This document shows positions 19,385 through 29,954 of a DNA stretch of 64,000 nt, in pieces. Source of the DNA: Meyerozyma guilliermondii (taxonomy: Eukaryota); NCBI GenBank assembly GCA_051546255.1, contig CP128815.1:806001-870000 (forward strand), read 5' to 3'. The notes below the pieces were generated by a model that did no database searches, was not told the DNA's origin, and worked only from the letters and a program-made list of their open reading frames with translations. A program made the position numbers and the translations under genes. The first letter of the stretch is position 1, and the number at the start of each line of letters is the position of its first letter.

Positions 19385-21178
19385 ATGTCCAAGGAAAACT
19401 TACTTAAGATCAGCCAGTATAATACTGAGAGAAGACCGTCGTTGGCCACAGACGTTGACTACTCTTCCACCGATTTATCCAGTCGTCTGGATTCGGCCAA
19501 CACGACAAACGGAACACCGACCGTAACTCTTCACAAGAGGCAATCGTCTACAGAGCTCTTGTCTGAGTCACCTGAACAGAAAAGGTTCTTGAAAACGATA
19601 GACACTTTGAATCGAACCACAAATTCTAGATTACGCCAGAGGTTAAACCGTGAGGGCGATAAGCATAAAAAGGAACACAAAGAACATGAAAAACATAAAG
19701 ATGACCATTCTAAATACAAGTCTCGGTTTGGAGATATCCATTTCTACTCAAACATGACAACCATCTTCGATGCTGATTACTTTAAGGAATCGCAGTTCTT
19801 TGGAGTTTACATTCTCTTTTGGCTCGGAACGGCATTCTTAATTCTCAACAACTTGGTCCATACATTTTTGGAGAACGGAGACAATCTTCTCGATGGACCA
19901 GTTGTCAGAACGTTTAAAAAGGACTTACTTAAAATTGCTCTTACAGACTTGGGAATGTACTTGACGATGTACGTCTCTGTCTTTATTCAATTGGGCATCC
20001 GCAAAGGATGGTATAGCTGGAGCTCAACAGGAGCCACCTTGCAAAACATATACTCATTCGTGTACTTCTTTGCCTGGAGTTACTTTGCGTCGCCAAAGTA
20101 CATGGACTACCCTTGGATTGGAAAGGTGTTTCTTGCACTTCACAGCTTGGTGTTTCTCATGAAAATGCATTCTTATGCCACATACAACGGCTATCTTTGG
20201 AACATCTTCAACGAGCTTCAAGTGTCACGAAAGTACTTGAAGATATTGGACGAGACCGATGAATCCATGATTGAGGGTAAGAGTGTTTCCGATTTGCGAA
20301 AGGCTTTGGTAGACAGCATTGGTTTCTGCTCATACGAGTTGGAGTACCAGTCCAAATCAACGAGCGTGAACACGGATGTCGAAATCACCGGCGACAAGAA
20401 CAAATTGAACACAACCAAGTCTACCAGTTCACTCGATGACGACTATGTGAGTTTCCCCAATAACATTACGTTTTTCGATTTTTTCAGGTATTCAATGTTT
20501 CCAACAGTGGTGTATTCTCTCAAGTTCCCACGTACAAAGCGTATTAGATGGGGTTACGTCATGGAAAAGTCATTTGCAGTGTTTGGCATCATCTTCTTGA
20601 TGATCACCGTCGCTCAAAACTGGATGTATCCTATCGTTGTACGAGCACAAGAGGCTAGCAAACTCCCAATGTCAAGAGAAAAGGTATTGCAGTACTGTTT
20701 GGTTTTACTAGACATGATTCCACCATTTCTCATGGAATATCTTTTCACCTTTTTCTTGATTTGGGACGTGATCCTAAATGCGATAGCCGAATTGAGTAGG
20801 TTTGCAGATCGGGACTTTTATGGTCCTTGGTGGTCTTGTACCGATTGGTCGGAATTTGCAAGAATTTGGAATCGTCCTGTTCACAAATTTTTGCTTCGTC
20901 ATGTGTACCAGTCAACTATCAGTACTTTCAAACTCAATAAAAACCAAGCGTCGTTGGTGACGTTTATCATTCTGAGTTTTGTTCATGAGTTTGTCATGTT
21001 TGTCATTTTTAGAAAGGTGAGATTCTACATGTTGGCGCTCCAGATGTCTCAGCTTCCATTGATAATGATTAGTCGAACAAAATTCATGAGAGACAAAAAA
21101 GTGTTGGGAAATGTTATCTGCTGGGTAGGATTCATTTCTGGACCATCGATGATCTGTACTTTGTATTTAGTATTTTAA
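19385..21178 (+). CDS. ARE2: Sterol O-acyltransferase (MBOAT)
   Basis: MKMHSY, AELSRFADRDFYGPWW, WNRPVHKFLLRHVY, catalytic HE. Confidence 0.9.
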   Translation: MSKENLLKISQYNTERRPSLATDVDYSSTDLSSRLDSANTTNGTPTVTLHKRQSSTELLSESPEQKRFLKTIDTLNRTTNSRLRQRLNREGDKHKKEHKEHEKHKDDHSKYKSRFGDIHFYSNMTTIFDADYFKESQFFGVYILFWLGTAFLILNNLVHTFLENGDNLLDGPVVRTFKKDLLKIALTDLGMYLTMYVSVFIQLGIRKGWYSWSSTGATLQNIYSFVYFFAWSYFASPKYMDYPWIGKVFLALHSLVFLMKMHSYATYNGYLWNIFNELQVSRKYLKILDETDESMIEGKSVSDLRKALVDSIGFCSYELEYQSKSTSVNTDVEITGDKNKLNTTKSTSSLDDDYVSFPNNITFFDFFRYSMFPTVVYSLKFPRTKRIRWGYVMEKSFAVFGIIFLMITVAQNWMYPIVVRAQEASKLPMSREKVLQYCLVLLDMIPPFLMEYLFTFFLIWDVILNAIAELSRFADRDFYGPWWSCTDWSEFARIWNRPVHKFLLRHVYQSTISTFKLNKNQASLVTFIILSFVHEFVMFVIFRKVRFYMLALQMSQLPLIMISRTKFMRDKKVLGNVICWVGFISGPSMICTLYLVF

Positions 21179-21225
21179 TTATTTATAAGGCATACAGCAT
21201 CTGTGTAGTTATCGCACTAGATGCA

Positions 21226-21234
21226 GCTCATCGC
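21226..21234 (-). promoter_or_regulatory. PAC element (GCGATGAGC) upstream of BUD23
   Basis: GCTCATCGC on the plus strand, 20 bp before the ATG of a ribosome-biogenesis gene. Confidence 0.5.
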
Positions 21235-21254
21235 GACTTTTCTAATTTACTCTA

Positions 21255-22064
21255 ATGTCCAGACCAGAAGAACTAGCACCTCCAGAGGTGTACTACAATG
21301 ATGTAGAGTCTCACAAGTACACATCCTCGACTCGTGTACAGCATATTCAAGCCCAAATGACACTTAGGGCTCTTGAACTTCTCAACTTGGAACAGGACGC
21401 TCCGCACTTTATACTTGATGTTGGTTGTGGATCTGGATTATCAGGTGAAATTTTGACAGAAGAAGGCTACAACTGGGTAGGAATGGATATAGCGCCCAGT
21501 ATGTTGGCGTCAGCCCTCGACCGAGAAGTTGAAGGAGACCTTTTCTTGGCAGATATTGGAAATGGTATACCATTCAGACCCGGTACTTTTGATGCTGCCA
21601 TATCTATTTCGGTGATCCAGTGGCTCTGTAATGCCGACTCAGCCAATGTAGACCCCAAGAAGAGAATTTTGCACTTTTTCAATTCATTATATGCTTCATT
21701 AAAACGAGGTGGAAAGTTTGTGGCTCAATTTTACCCTATGAACGATAAGCAAACACAAGCCATTTTGGACGCTGCAAAGATAGCAGGGTTTGGAGGAGGA
21801 CTTGTCATCGACGATCCGGAGTCAAAAAGACACAAAAAGTACTACTTGGTATTGACGGCAGGTCAAAGTGAAAGATCGATCAATTTGGCCGGTACCGAAA
21901 TGGAAGTTTCCAGCGAGAATAAGAGCATGAATAGGAAAAAGAGGAAGCACTTGGAGTCCAAGAAGGAGTTCATAGCGAGAAAGAAGGAAACCATGAGGAG
22001 ACAAGGCAAGAAGGTGGCTCTTGATTCCAAGTTTACAGCAAGAAAGCGGAGACCCCGTTTCTAG
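21255..22064 (+). CDS. BUD23: 18S rRNA m7G methyltransferase
   Basis: MSRPEELAPPE, LDVGCGSGLSG SAM motif, SISVIQWLCNA and KFTARKRRPRF. Confidence 0.95.
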   Translation: MSRPEELAPPEVYYNDVESHKYTSSTRVQHIQAQMTLRALELLNLEQDAPHFILDVGCGSGLSGEILTEEGYNWVGMDIAPSMLASALDREVEGDLFLADIGNGIPFRPGTFDAAISISVIQWLCNADSANVDPKKRILHFFNSLYASLKRGGKFVAQFYPMNDKQTQAILDAAKIAGFGGGLVIDDPESKRHKKYYLVLTAGQSERSINLAGTEMEVSSENKSMNRKKRKHLESKKEFIARKKETMRRQGKKVALDSKFTARKRRPRF

Positions 22065-22244
22065 TGTATAGTAGCATATGTCAGAATAACATACCAAGCA
22101 TTTACAATTGAATCTGAGCAGCTAGTACTAGCAGTCTACATTCGTACCACTACGTACCTAAATACCCTTACGTACTTTTCCATTAATCTTTCCTACACCT
22201 GATTTGCGCGAAAATTCGTTGAAAATTTCCAATCTTAATCAATC

Positions 22245-22832
22245 ATGTTTAGGTTCATGCCAGCCTTTGGCACCACAACCAAAGCAGCATCCAACAGCAT
22301 GATCAGTAACGCAAGAGTACTTCAGTCTGTTCGCACGTATATACCCTTGAAGCAAAGTAAGTGACTTTCAGCTAATTTTTCATCATATCGCATCGAACTG
22401 ACCACAGAATTGCCTACGGTTTACGAACCATTACCACCCCGTAGAAACGGAGAAAATGCCCTTACGTTTTTGCACAAGCAGCTCCTCAAAAAGTACGATC
22501 CCGCCGGCAAAAGAAGTGCCTTGGTAGACCAGAAGACAGGTTTACGAGCTGGCGATGCAATCAGAGTAACTTACCTCGACAGAACCAATGTAGTGGGCCA
22601 GGTAATTGCCATCAAGAGGTCAGTGAATTCTGTGGGGACCAACATTTTGATCCGTAACAAAATCAACAAGACGGGATGTGAAGTTAGAATCCCACTTTTC
22701 AACCCCAACATCAGAAACATCGAGGTGATAAATAAACCCAAAAAGTATCTTCCAAGGCGGAAGCATTTCTACATCAGAAACACCAAGTACGACGTGGGAG
22801 ATGTCGAGGCATCGCTCAAGAAGAGAAAGTAG
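22245..22832 (+). CDS. IMG1: Mitochondrial ribosomal protein bL19m; two exons (22245-22356, 22408-22832)
   Basis: L19 fold (LRAGDAIRV...GQVIAIKR...ILIRN...PLFNPNI..IEV...RRKHFYIR). The upstream exon supplies the ATG and a presequence in frame. Confidence 0.85.
22357..22407 (+). other. Spliceosomal intron (51 nt) in IMG1
   Basis: GTAAGT donor, AACTGAC branch-like site, CAG acceptor. Phase-1 join gives A+AA = Lys and keeps the frame. Confidence 0.8.
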
Positions 22833-22862
22833 TATTGTACATAGTCATTTAACAAATATAAT

Positions 22863-23207
22863 TCAGCTCTGTAGTTGTTCAAGCTGCGAAGACAATCGCT
22901 GTGCGAACTCGTCTCTAAATGCTGGTGAAATAATCTGGAGAAGCGACTCAAATGTTTCATACAGCTTTTCCGGCTCTTCGCATAGGTACCAGCCGTTTAT
23001 GCCCACGGTGACTTTTAGGGCTTTTCCTTCTTGAGTTGTTAAAACAATGTGACTTGGCGGTGATCTCTTCAGCAATAACTTGGCATAGATGTCATCGTCA
23101 ACCGGGGCACTTTCGGTTTCTTTCAACACCAAATTGCACGATGGAAAATACAGAGCGTACTCACGATGGAGCACCGAAAGCTCGTGATTACGAGTCGAAA
23201 TGTCCAT
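22863..23207 (-). CDS. Small GSKIP-domain (DUF727-like) protein
   Basis: LTTQEG...GWY...YETFESLLQIISPAFRDEFAQRLSSQLEQL matches the GSKIP pattern. Confidence 0.65.
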   Translation of the reverse strand: MDISTRNHELSVLHREYALYFPSCNLVLKETESAPVDDDIYAKLLLKRSPPSHIVLTTQEGKALKVTVGINGWYLCEEPEKLYETFESLLQIISPAFRDEFAQRLSSQLEQLQS

Positions 23208-23490
23208 AAATAACTACAGCGTCTACTAGGTAAATTTAGTCACAACTGATTCCCAATGTGTCACTGATTCAACATCGGGCGCCCAGAAACGTGCTCCTGT
23301 CGGTTAATCTACGCTTATACCACTGGTAAACCTTCCGTCAGTCTACTATAGAGCGGTAGACAAACTTTGCAAAGGGTGGACCTGCGATGATGTTAAGGAA
23401 AAAATGTTTGGCACAGTTGAGATTTTTATCAACGCGCCCGGGTAACACCAGCCTAACCACCACCTACGAACTTCGGGTTTAGTGTGGGTT

Positions 23491-23739
23491 ATGACACCAG
23501 AAGCACTTATAGGTACCAATGTCAAAATCGCCTTGAAGGATAATCGTGTACTAGATGGTGTGATAACGGTGGTGGATCCATTTGGAAACATTCTCTTGTC
23601 GAATGTATGGGAATCATCCAACGATAAAATTGATCCAGAAACTTTGCACACACGAGAATTGGGGTTGGTGAGTGTTCCTCGCAACACAATCGACGAGGTG
23701 TTTATGGACAAACGTAGCTACGAACAGTGTAATATATGA
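23491..23739 (+). CDS. MAK31: Sm-like protein, probably NatC auxiliary subunit
   Basis: Sm1 (LIG..VKIALKDNRVLDG.I..VDPFGNILLS) and Sm2 (RELGLVSVP). ATG at 23491. Confidence 0.65.
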   Translation: MTPEALIGTNVKIALKDNRVLDGVITVVDPFGNILLSNVWESSNDKIDPETLHTRELGLVSVPRNTIDEVFMDKRSYEQCNI

Positions 23740-23987
23740 GAGAAGAAAATGGAAAATGAAATGGATAAATGAAAATGAAGAAATAAAGAGTTAACGAGAT
23801 ACATTACATTTACCTCTTTCAAGTGCGTAGACGCAAACGAGCAAGTTCCTTGACTCTCTTGAGTTCCTTGTCTTGTCATAAGTTCTCCGAGCTCTCAGTT
23901 CTCGCTACCTCTCACAAGATCGAATTCATTTCCGCACTCGACGCCCAAAGCCCGCGCCAAATTGCGATCACCGCAGATTCATTGCCC

Positions 23988-24509
23988 ATGCAAGGAACCT
24001 ACAAAAACAATGGGCTTCCCAGGCCCTATTACATGAAACCAAGTACCAAAAAGAAGTTTCAGTCTCCATACGATAAGATGCCTCGTACTTTTTTCACAAC
24101 TCCTATGAGAAAAATCATTGGTTACATCTTGATGTTGCTGTTGTTTGGCGTAATAATGTATTGGGTTGCGCAAGATATGAGGCCGACACCTGATCCAGAA
24201 TACGAAGTAATTGCACCTGAATTGTTGAGAAACAACCCTATACCCCAGGTGAATAAACCTCAGGAGAACTTTGACAACATGGTCAAGATTGGTAAAAATG
24301 CTGATGGTGAGATCGACAATGTAGACTTGGCAGGAAACATGGCTCAGGGGTCCAATGGCGAAATCGGATTGGGAGTCGCCGAAGCACCCAAGGGAGGAAT
24401 TGCAAACGAAGGAGCGGTGGTGGGAGCAGAAAAGGAATTGGATAAGCCTCGAAATCCCAAGGCTGTGGGAAATGAGATCCCAGAGAAACCAAATAAGGGA
24501 GAGAGATGA
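23988..24509 (+). CDS. Uncharacterised single-pass (type II-like) membrane protein
   Basis: Basic N-terminus, one hydrophobic helix (IIGYILMLLLFGVIMYWVA), polar C-terminus. First ATG at 23988. Confidence 0.6.
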   Translation: MQGTYKNNGLPRPYYMKPSTKKKFQSPYDKMPRTFFTTPMRKIIGYILMLLLFGVIMYWVAQDMRPTPDPEYEVIAPELLRNNPIPQVNKPQENFDNMVKIGKNADGEIDNVDLAGNMAQGSNGEIGLGVAEAPKGGIANEGAVVGAEKELDKPRNPKAVGNEIPEKPNKGER

Positions 24510-24887
24510 GAGTAAAACAGATAAGGACGAGAAAGTAAAGTAGCCGTGGAGGCAAGAACCGGAGAGATTAATGGGAAGAGTGGTGTGAATGACGGTCACC
24601 GTGCCCAAACCTGTAAAGGAATTGCGTCCGAGTGTTCTGCCTTGAAGGTATTCCAGACAATGCAATGGCTGTTGCGTCTTCGTATCCGTATGGCTGGTGG
24701 AAACTCGAATCACCGCTAGTGAACGGTACACTACGGCGCATATTTCAATGTCCTTCAAACTTGAAACTTTTTCCGAAAAATGGTTCAGACTACAAAGTGC
24801 CATCACATTCCCATTCTACGCTCCACGTTCGAGTCTCTAATCTCCGCTTCTTTTTCCCTTCACTAGCATAGCATATAGCCAATCACC

Positions 24888-25016
24888 CACGTGAATAGGA
24901 CCGTTACGTAACCCATCACCAATTTCTTTTCTTTTGCCGTTATCTGGGCTTTTGTGTAACGAAGGCCGAAAATTTTTTTTTGGCTTTTTAAGTCGCGATT
25001 TCCTGTGAAATTTTTT
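24888..25016 (+). promoter_or_regulatory. EF-3 promoter elements: Cbf1-type CACGTGA and RRPE-like GAAAATTTT / TGAAATTTT
   Basis: CACGTGA at 24888-24894; GAAAATTTTTTTT near 24968; TGAAATTTTTT near 25006. Confidence 0.45.
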
Positions 25017-25029
25017 CTTAACAACCAGG

Positions 25030-28000
25030 ATGTCTGCTGCCGCTGAATCGAAGTACTCCGAAGAGGTGCTTTCTGAGTTGTTGGCCAAGGTGCAAGTGGC
25101 TGACAACAAAGATGAAGCTGCTTCCAACATTGCATCGTTCCTCAACTCCTCTATTGTTGAGCACGATGTTCCAGCAGAATTTTTTGCTGACTTGAAAAAG
25201 CAGATTAACAACAAGAAGGCTGAAGTTTCTCTTGCTGCTTTGACTGCTTACGAGCACATTGCCTCTGGTAACGACTTGGCTCCTTCTGTCGAGCCATACG
25301 TTGTTGAATTGACCAAGGATGTTGCCGCCAAAGCTGGTGACAAGAACAAGGACATTCAAGCTGCTGCTTCTAATGCCTTGCTTTCTATTGCCAAGGCTAT
25401 CACCCCAACTGCCATCAAGTCTTTGTTGCCCCAACTCTTGGACAACTTGAGCAACACCAACAAATGGACTGAGAAGGTTGCCATCTTGGCCGCCATCTCC
25501 CAGTTGGTTGACACCGCCAAGGGCCCAATCGCTTTGAGAATGCCGGAATTGATTCCAGTGTTGTCCGAGTCTATGTGGGATACCAAGAAGGAAGTCAAGG
25601 AAGCCGCCACCAAGACTATGACCAAGTCTACCGAGACCATCGACAACAAGGATATTGAAAAGTTTATTCCAAAGTTGATCGAATGTATTGCTAAGCCAAC
25701 TGAGGTTCCAGAAACCGTCCACCTTTTGGGTGCCACTACCTTCGTTTCCGAAGTTACCATGGCTACTCTTTCTATCATGGCTCCTTTGTTGTCTAGAGGT
25801 TTGGCTGAACGTGATACCGCCATCAAGCGTAAGGCTGCTGTCATTGTTGACAACATGTGTAAGTTGGTCGACGACCCTCAAGTCGTTGCTCCTTTCATGG
25901 ACAAGTTGTTGCCTGCTTTGAAGGCTAACTTCTCCACCATGGCTGACCCTGAAGCCCGTGAAGTTACCAACAGAGCTTTGAACACTTTAAGAAGAGTTGG
26001 TGACGTCAAGGAGGGTGATGTCATTCCAGAGGTTTCCACCGCTGGTGACATTGCCGTTACCTTGGGTGAATTCGAAAAGCTTTTGGAAGGTAAGAAGATT
26101 GCCTCCAGATTCGACGTTGCCAAGAACTACATTGCCGCTATTGCTGGTGACTTGATCGACGAGAGACAAATCAACCCAGACACTTGGGTCCAAAGTTTGT
26201 TGCCATTCGCTACCATCTTCTTGCACGAGAAGGAAGCCAAGGAAATCATCGAGGAGTTCAGAAAGAGAGCTATCGACAACATTCCAGAACCTCCATCGTT
26301 CGAGGATGAGGAGGACGAAGGTGAAGACTTGTGTAACTGTGAGTTCTCTTTGGCTTACGGTGCTAAGATCTTGTTGAACAAGACTCAATTCAGATTGAAG
26401 AGAAACAGAAGATACGGTTTGTGTGGTCCTAACGGTGCTGGTAAATCCACCTTGATGAGAGCCATTGCTAATGGTCAAGTCGAGGGTTTCCCATCTCAAG
26501 AAGAATGTAAGACCGTCTACGTCGAGCACGACATTGATGGTACCCACGCTGACACCACCGTCGTTGAGTTCGTTATCGAAGATGGTGAGGTTGGTTTGAC
26601 CAGAGAGGTGGTTGAAAACAAGTTGGTTGAGTTCGGTTTCTCCGACGAGATGATCAAGATGCCTATCCAATCTCTTTCTGGTGGTTGGAAGATGAAGTTG
26701 GCTTTGGCCAGAGCTGTGTTGAAGAACGCTGACATTTTGTTGTTGGATGAGCCAACTAACCATTTGGATACCGTCAACGTCGCTTGGTTGGTCAACTACT
26801 TGCAAACCTGTGGTATCACTTCCATCATTGTGTCCCACGACTCTGGATTCTTGGACAATGTTGTCCAATACGTTATCCACTACGAAGGTTTCAAGTTAAG
26901 AAAGTACAAGGGTAACTTGTCCGAATTCGTCAAGAAATGTCCATCTGCTCAATCTTACTACGAGTTGGGAGCTTCCGACTTGGAGTTCAGATTCCCAGAG
27001 CCAGGTTTCTTGGAGGGTGTCAAGACCAAGCAAAAGGCTATTGTCAAGGTGTCCAACATGTCCTTCCAATACCCAGGTACTTCTAAGCCTCAAATTCAAA
27101 ACATTAACTTCCAGTGTTCTCTTTCTTCGAGAATTGCTGTGATTGGTCCTAACGGTGCCGGTAAGTCCACATTGATTAATGTGTTGACCGGTGAATTGTT
27201 GCCAACCACTGGTGAAGTTTATGTGCACGAGAACTGTCGTATCGCTTACATTAAGCAACATGCTTTCGCCCACATTGATAACCATTTGGACAAGACTCCA
27301 TCCGAGTACATTCAATGGAGATTCCAAACCGGTGAGGACAGAGAGACCATGGACAGAGCTTCTAGACAAATCAACGAGAGCGATGAGAACGCCATGAACA
27401 AGATCTTCAAGATTGAAGGTACCCCAAGAAGAGTTGCTGGTATTCACGCTAGAAGAAAGTTCAAGAACTCTTACGAGTACGAATGTTCTTGGCTCTTGGG
27501 TGAGAACATTGGCATGAAGAACGAGAGATGGGTTCCTATGATGTCTGTTGACAACGCTTGGTTGCCAAGAGGTGAATTGATGGAGACCCACTCCAAGATG
27601 GTTGCTGAGGTTGATATGAAGGAGGCTTTGGCTTCTGGACAATTCAGACCTTTGACCAGAAAGGAGATCGAAGAGCACTGTGCCATGTTGGGATTGGACG
27701 CCGAATTGGTTTCTCACTCCAGAATTAGAGGTTTGTCTGGTGGTCAAAAGGTCAAGTTGGTGTTGGCCGCTTGTACCTGGCAAAGACCCCACTTGATTGT
27801 GTTGGATGAGCCAACCAACTATTTGGACAGAGACTCGTTGGGTGCTCTTTCCAAGGCCTTGAAAGCTTTCGATGGTGGTATTGTCATCATTACTCACTCT
27901 GCTGAGTTCACCAAGGACCTTACTGAGGAAGTGTGGGCTGTGTTGGATGGTAAGATGACTCCATCTGGTCACAACTGGGTCCAAGGTCAAGGTGCTGGTC

Positions 28001-28182
28001 CTAGATTGGAAAAGAAGGATGACGATGAAGAGGACAAATTCGATGCTATGGGTAACAAGATTGCCTCTGCTAAGAAGAAGACCAAGTTGTCGTCTGCCGA
28101 GTTGAGAAAGAAGAAGAAGGAGAGAATGAAGAAGAAGAAGGAGTTGGGTGATGCATATGTTTCTTCCGATGAAGAGTTCTAA
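25030..28182 (+). CDS. CEF3: Fungal translation elongation factor 3
   Basis: HEAT domain, two ABC cassettes (GPNGAGKST twice, LSGG twice), chromodomain insert, Lys-rich tail, very strong codon bias. Confidence 0.97.
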   Translation: MSAAAESKYSEEVLSELLAKVQVADNKDEAASNIASFLNSSIVEHDVPAEFFADLKKQINNKKAEVSLAALTAYEHIASGNDLAPSVEPYVVELTKDVAAKAGDKNKDIQAAASNALLSIAKAITPTAIKSLLPQLLDNLSNTNKWTEKVAILAAISQLVDTAKGPIALRMPELIPVLSESMWDTKKEVKEAATKTMTKSTETIDNKDIEKFIPKLIECIAKPTEVPETVHLLGATTFVSEVTMATLSIMAPLLSRGLAERDTAIKRKAAVIVDNMCKLVDDPQVVAPFMDKLLPALKANFSTMADPEAREVTNRALNTLRRVGDVKEGDVIPEVSTAGDIAVTLGEFEKLLEGKKIASRFDVAKNYIAAIAGDLIDERQINPDTWVQSLLPFATIFLHEKEAKEIIEEFRKRAIDNIPEPPSFEDEEDEGEDLCNCEFSLAYGAKILLNKTQFRLKRNRRYGLCGPNGAGKSTLMRAIANGQVEGFPSQEECKTVYVEHDIDGTHADTTVVEFVIEDGEVGLTREVVENKLVEFGFSDEMIKMPIQSLSGGWKMKLALARAVLKNADILLLDEPTNHLDTVNVAWLVNYLQTCGITSIIVSHDSGFLDNVVQYVIHYEGFKLRKYKGNLSEFVKKCPSAQSYYELGASDLEFRFPEPGFLEGVKTKQKAIVKVSNMSFQYPGTSKPQIQNINFQCSLSSRIAVIGPNGAGKSTLINVLTGELLPTTGEVYVHENCRIAYIKQHAFAHIDNHLDKTPSEYIQWRFQTGEDRETMDRASRQINESDENAMNKIFKIEGTPRRVAGIHARRKFKNSYEYECSWLLGENIGMKNERWVPMMSVDNAWLPRGELMETHSKMVAEVDMKEALASGQFRPLTRKEIEEHCAMLGLDAELVSHSRIRGLSGGQKVKLVLAACTWQRPHLIVLDEPTNYLDRDSLGALSKALKAFDGGIVIITHSAEFTKDLTEEVWAVLDGKMTPSGHNWVQGQGAGPRLEKKDDDEEDKFDAMGNKIASAKKKTKLSSAELRKKKKERMKKKKELGDAYVSSDEEF

Positions 28183-28355
28183 TCATCATAATCATATAGT
28201 AGCATCGTCTAGGCTGGTGTTTTTTTTATTGTTCCAATCTATAGCTAATATTATAGAATTATCTAATTCCAGTAGGCGATGCGATTTCAAATCTCAAATC
28301 AAATCTTTTTGACGAGTTGAGCACATCTATGCTGACCACAACAAAATAAACTCTC

Positions 28356-29948
28356 ATGGAAATGACTACTGGGGGTATAGATCTTGATCCCACCATAGCG
28401 GTCAACTCTCTCTACATGTTGAGCTGTACCACAGCAGTTGCTTTTGTGGTTTTAGGAGTTGCAATATTCTACTCTGGCTTCACTCAAAGGCGGTCATCTT
28501 TGACCATGTTGGTGCTTCCACTTGTTTTGTTCCCATTTGTATTCATAGACTGGTTCATATGGGGTTACTCCTTGTGTTATGCCTCAGCTGTCAATCGCTA
28601 TATAGGCAGTTTGAACTTTGTCGTTTTACGGCACTTGAGAGACTCTGCTACCACCATCTATGTAACTTCAAGAGGCAGTATTTTGTCTGTTAATCACTTT
28701 TTATTCAACGGGATGATGAAGGTTGTCTGCGCTGCGTTGACGTTTCCTGGTTGTATTGCTGAGAGGGGCCGTGTGGTTCCAATGTTAGTATTCTGCTTCT
28801 TCTGGTCTGTCATCATTTACAACCCTGTTACTTATTGGTTCTGGAACCGCCTGGGCTGGCTCTCAGTGGAATACAACAAGCAACCGGTACTCGATTTTGC
28901 GGGAGGAAATTGCATACATATTGTGAGTGGATTTACCACCCTTGCCTACTCATACATATTGGGTCCTCGCAATCCAAAGATTCTCATCAATTATAGAAAC
29001 TCCAGCACCTCGTATGTGGCAATAGGAATTTTCTTTATTGTCGCTGGCTGGTGTGGGTTTGTTGCCGGCTGTGACTTTCGCTTTTCTACACTTTCAGTGT
29101 ACATCATAGTCAACACGCTCTTGAGTGCGTTCACAAGTGGTATTGTCTGGATGGCCATAGATTACTACTTTTCGGCAATTCCTTATGAGGGCAACCTCAA
29201 GTCCACCAGAAAGATGTCTGTCATATCTTTGTCTTCTGGTTTGATGACTGGATTGGTGGCCATTACCCCCGGTGGAGGTTACGTTTCTAATCCCAACGAT
29301 TTTTGGAAGCCGTTCGTTTACGGTGTTGTTAGTGCAATAGTTTGCAATCTTGCAACAAGACTCAAGTTTTATGCTCAGATAGACGATGCCCTTGATTTAT
29401 TTGCAATTCACGGAGTTGCGGGTATTGTGGGGTCACTATTGACAGGAATCTTCTCGAACACAGAATACTCTTCTGATGGTGGGTGGGTTCAAGGACACTG
29501 GATTCAGCTTGCATATCAACTTTTGGGATGCACCGTTACATCGGCATACGTCTTTGTGATGAGCATTGTTCTCTTGTATCTCATTGACTACACACCAGGG
29601 TTACATTTGCGAATAGACAAAACCTTCAACCAGCGAACGCGATGGGCAAGAAATGCTCACCAAGAAGAAACAATGCTTGAACTAACTACCTCTGACATTG
29701 AAGGTCAGAATATCAACGTTCCTTCAGAAAAAGACCTTCATTACGAGTCGCTTGAGTTGCTCGGAATGGATGCCTATCTTCTCAATGGAGAGTACGCCAT
29801 GGATTTCATGGAGTTTATCAAGGAGCTCCGGCCACAAGATTACGAAGACAACGAAACAATTAATGACTATGACAACACACAACCAGTTGATTCGACCGAT
29901 ATTAGTCCTTTTGGAGGAATGGATGCTTCCACGAAGAAGAGTGAATAG
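28356..29948 (+). CDS. Amt/Mep ammonium permease, divergent (Candida Mep3-like)
   Basis: About 11 TM helices, IAERGR, DFAGG...H, GLVAITPGGG, IDDALDLFAIHGVAG. Confidence 0.85.
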   Translation: MEMTTGGIDLDPTIAVNSLYMLSCTTAVAFVVLGVAIFYSGFTQRRSSLTMLVLPLVLFPFVFIDWFIWGYSLCYASAVNRYIGSLNFVVLRHLRDSATTIYVTSRGSILSVNHFLFNGMMKVVCAALTFPGCIAERGRVVPMLVFCFFWSVIIYNPVTYWFWNRLGWLSVEYNKQPVLDFAGGNCIHIVSGFTTLAYSYILGPRNPKILINYRNSSTSYVAIGIFFIVAGWCGFVAGCDFRFSTLSVYIIVNTLLSAFTSGIVWMAIDYYFSAIPYEGNLKSTRKMSVISLSSGLMTGLVAITPGGGYVSNPNDFWKPFVYGVVSAIVCNLATRLKFYAQIDDALDLFAIHGVAGIVGSLLTGIFSNTEYSSDGGWVQGHWIQLAYQLLGCTVTSAYVFVMSIVLLYLIDYTPGLHLRIDKTFNQRTRWARNAHQEETMLELTTSDIEGQNINVPSEKDLHYESLELLGMDAYLLNGEYAMDFMEFIKELRPQDYEDNETINDYDNTQPVDSTDISPFGGMDASTKKSE

Positions 29949-29954
29949 ATATAT

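Noticed and set aside
23740..23790. Purine-rich GAAAAT-like repeats after MAK31
   Set aside because: Degenerate low-complexity microsatellite with no further structure.
23979..24806. 275-aa minus-strand ORF overlapping the orphan membrane gene and the EF-3 upstream region
   Set aside because: No domain-like features, and most of it is antisense to a more plausible ORF.
25018..27990. Long antisense ORFs (287, 297 and 364 aa) opposite EF-3
   Set aside because: Expected shadow of extreme codon bias, since avoiding TTA/CTA/TCA removes antisense stops. The products have no recognisable features.
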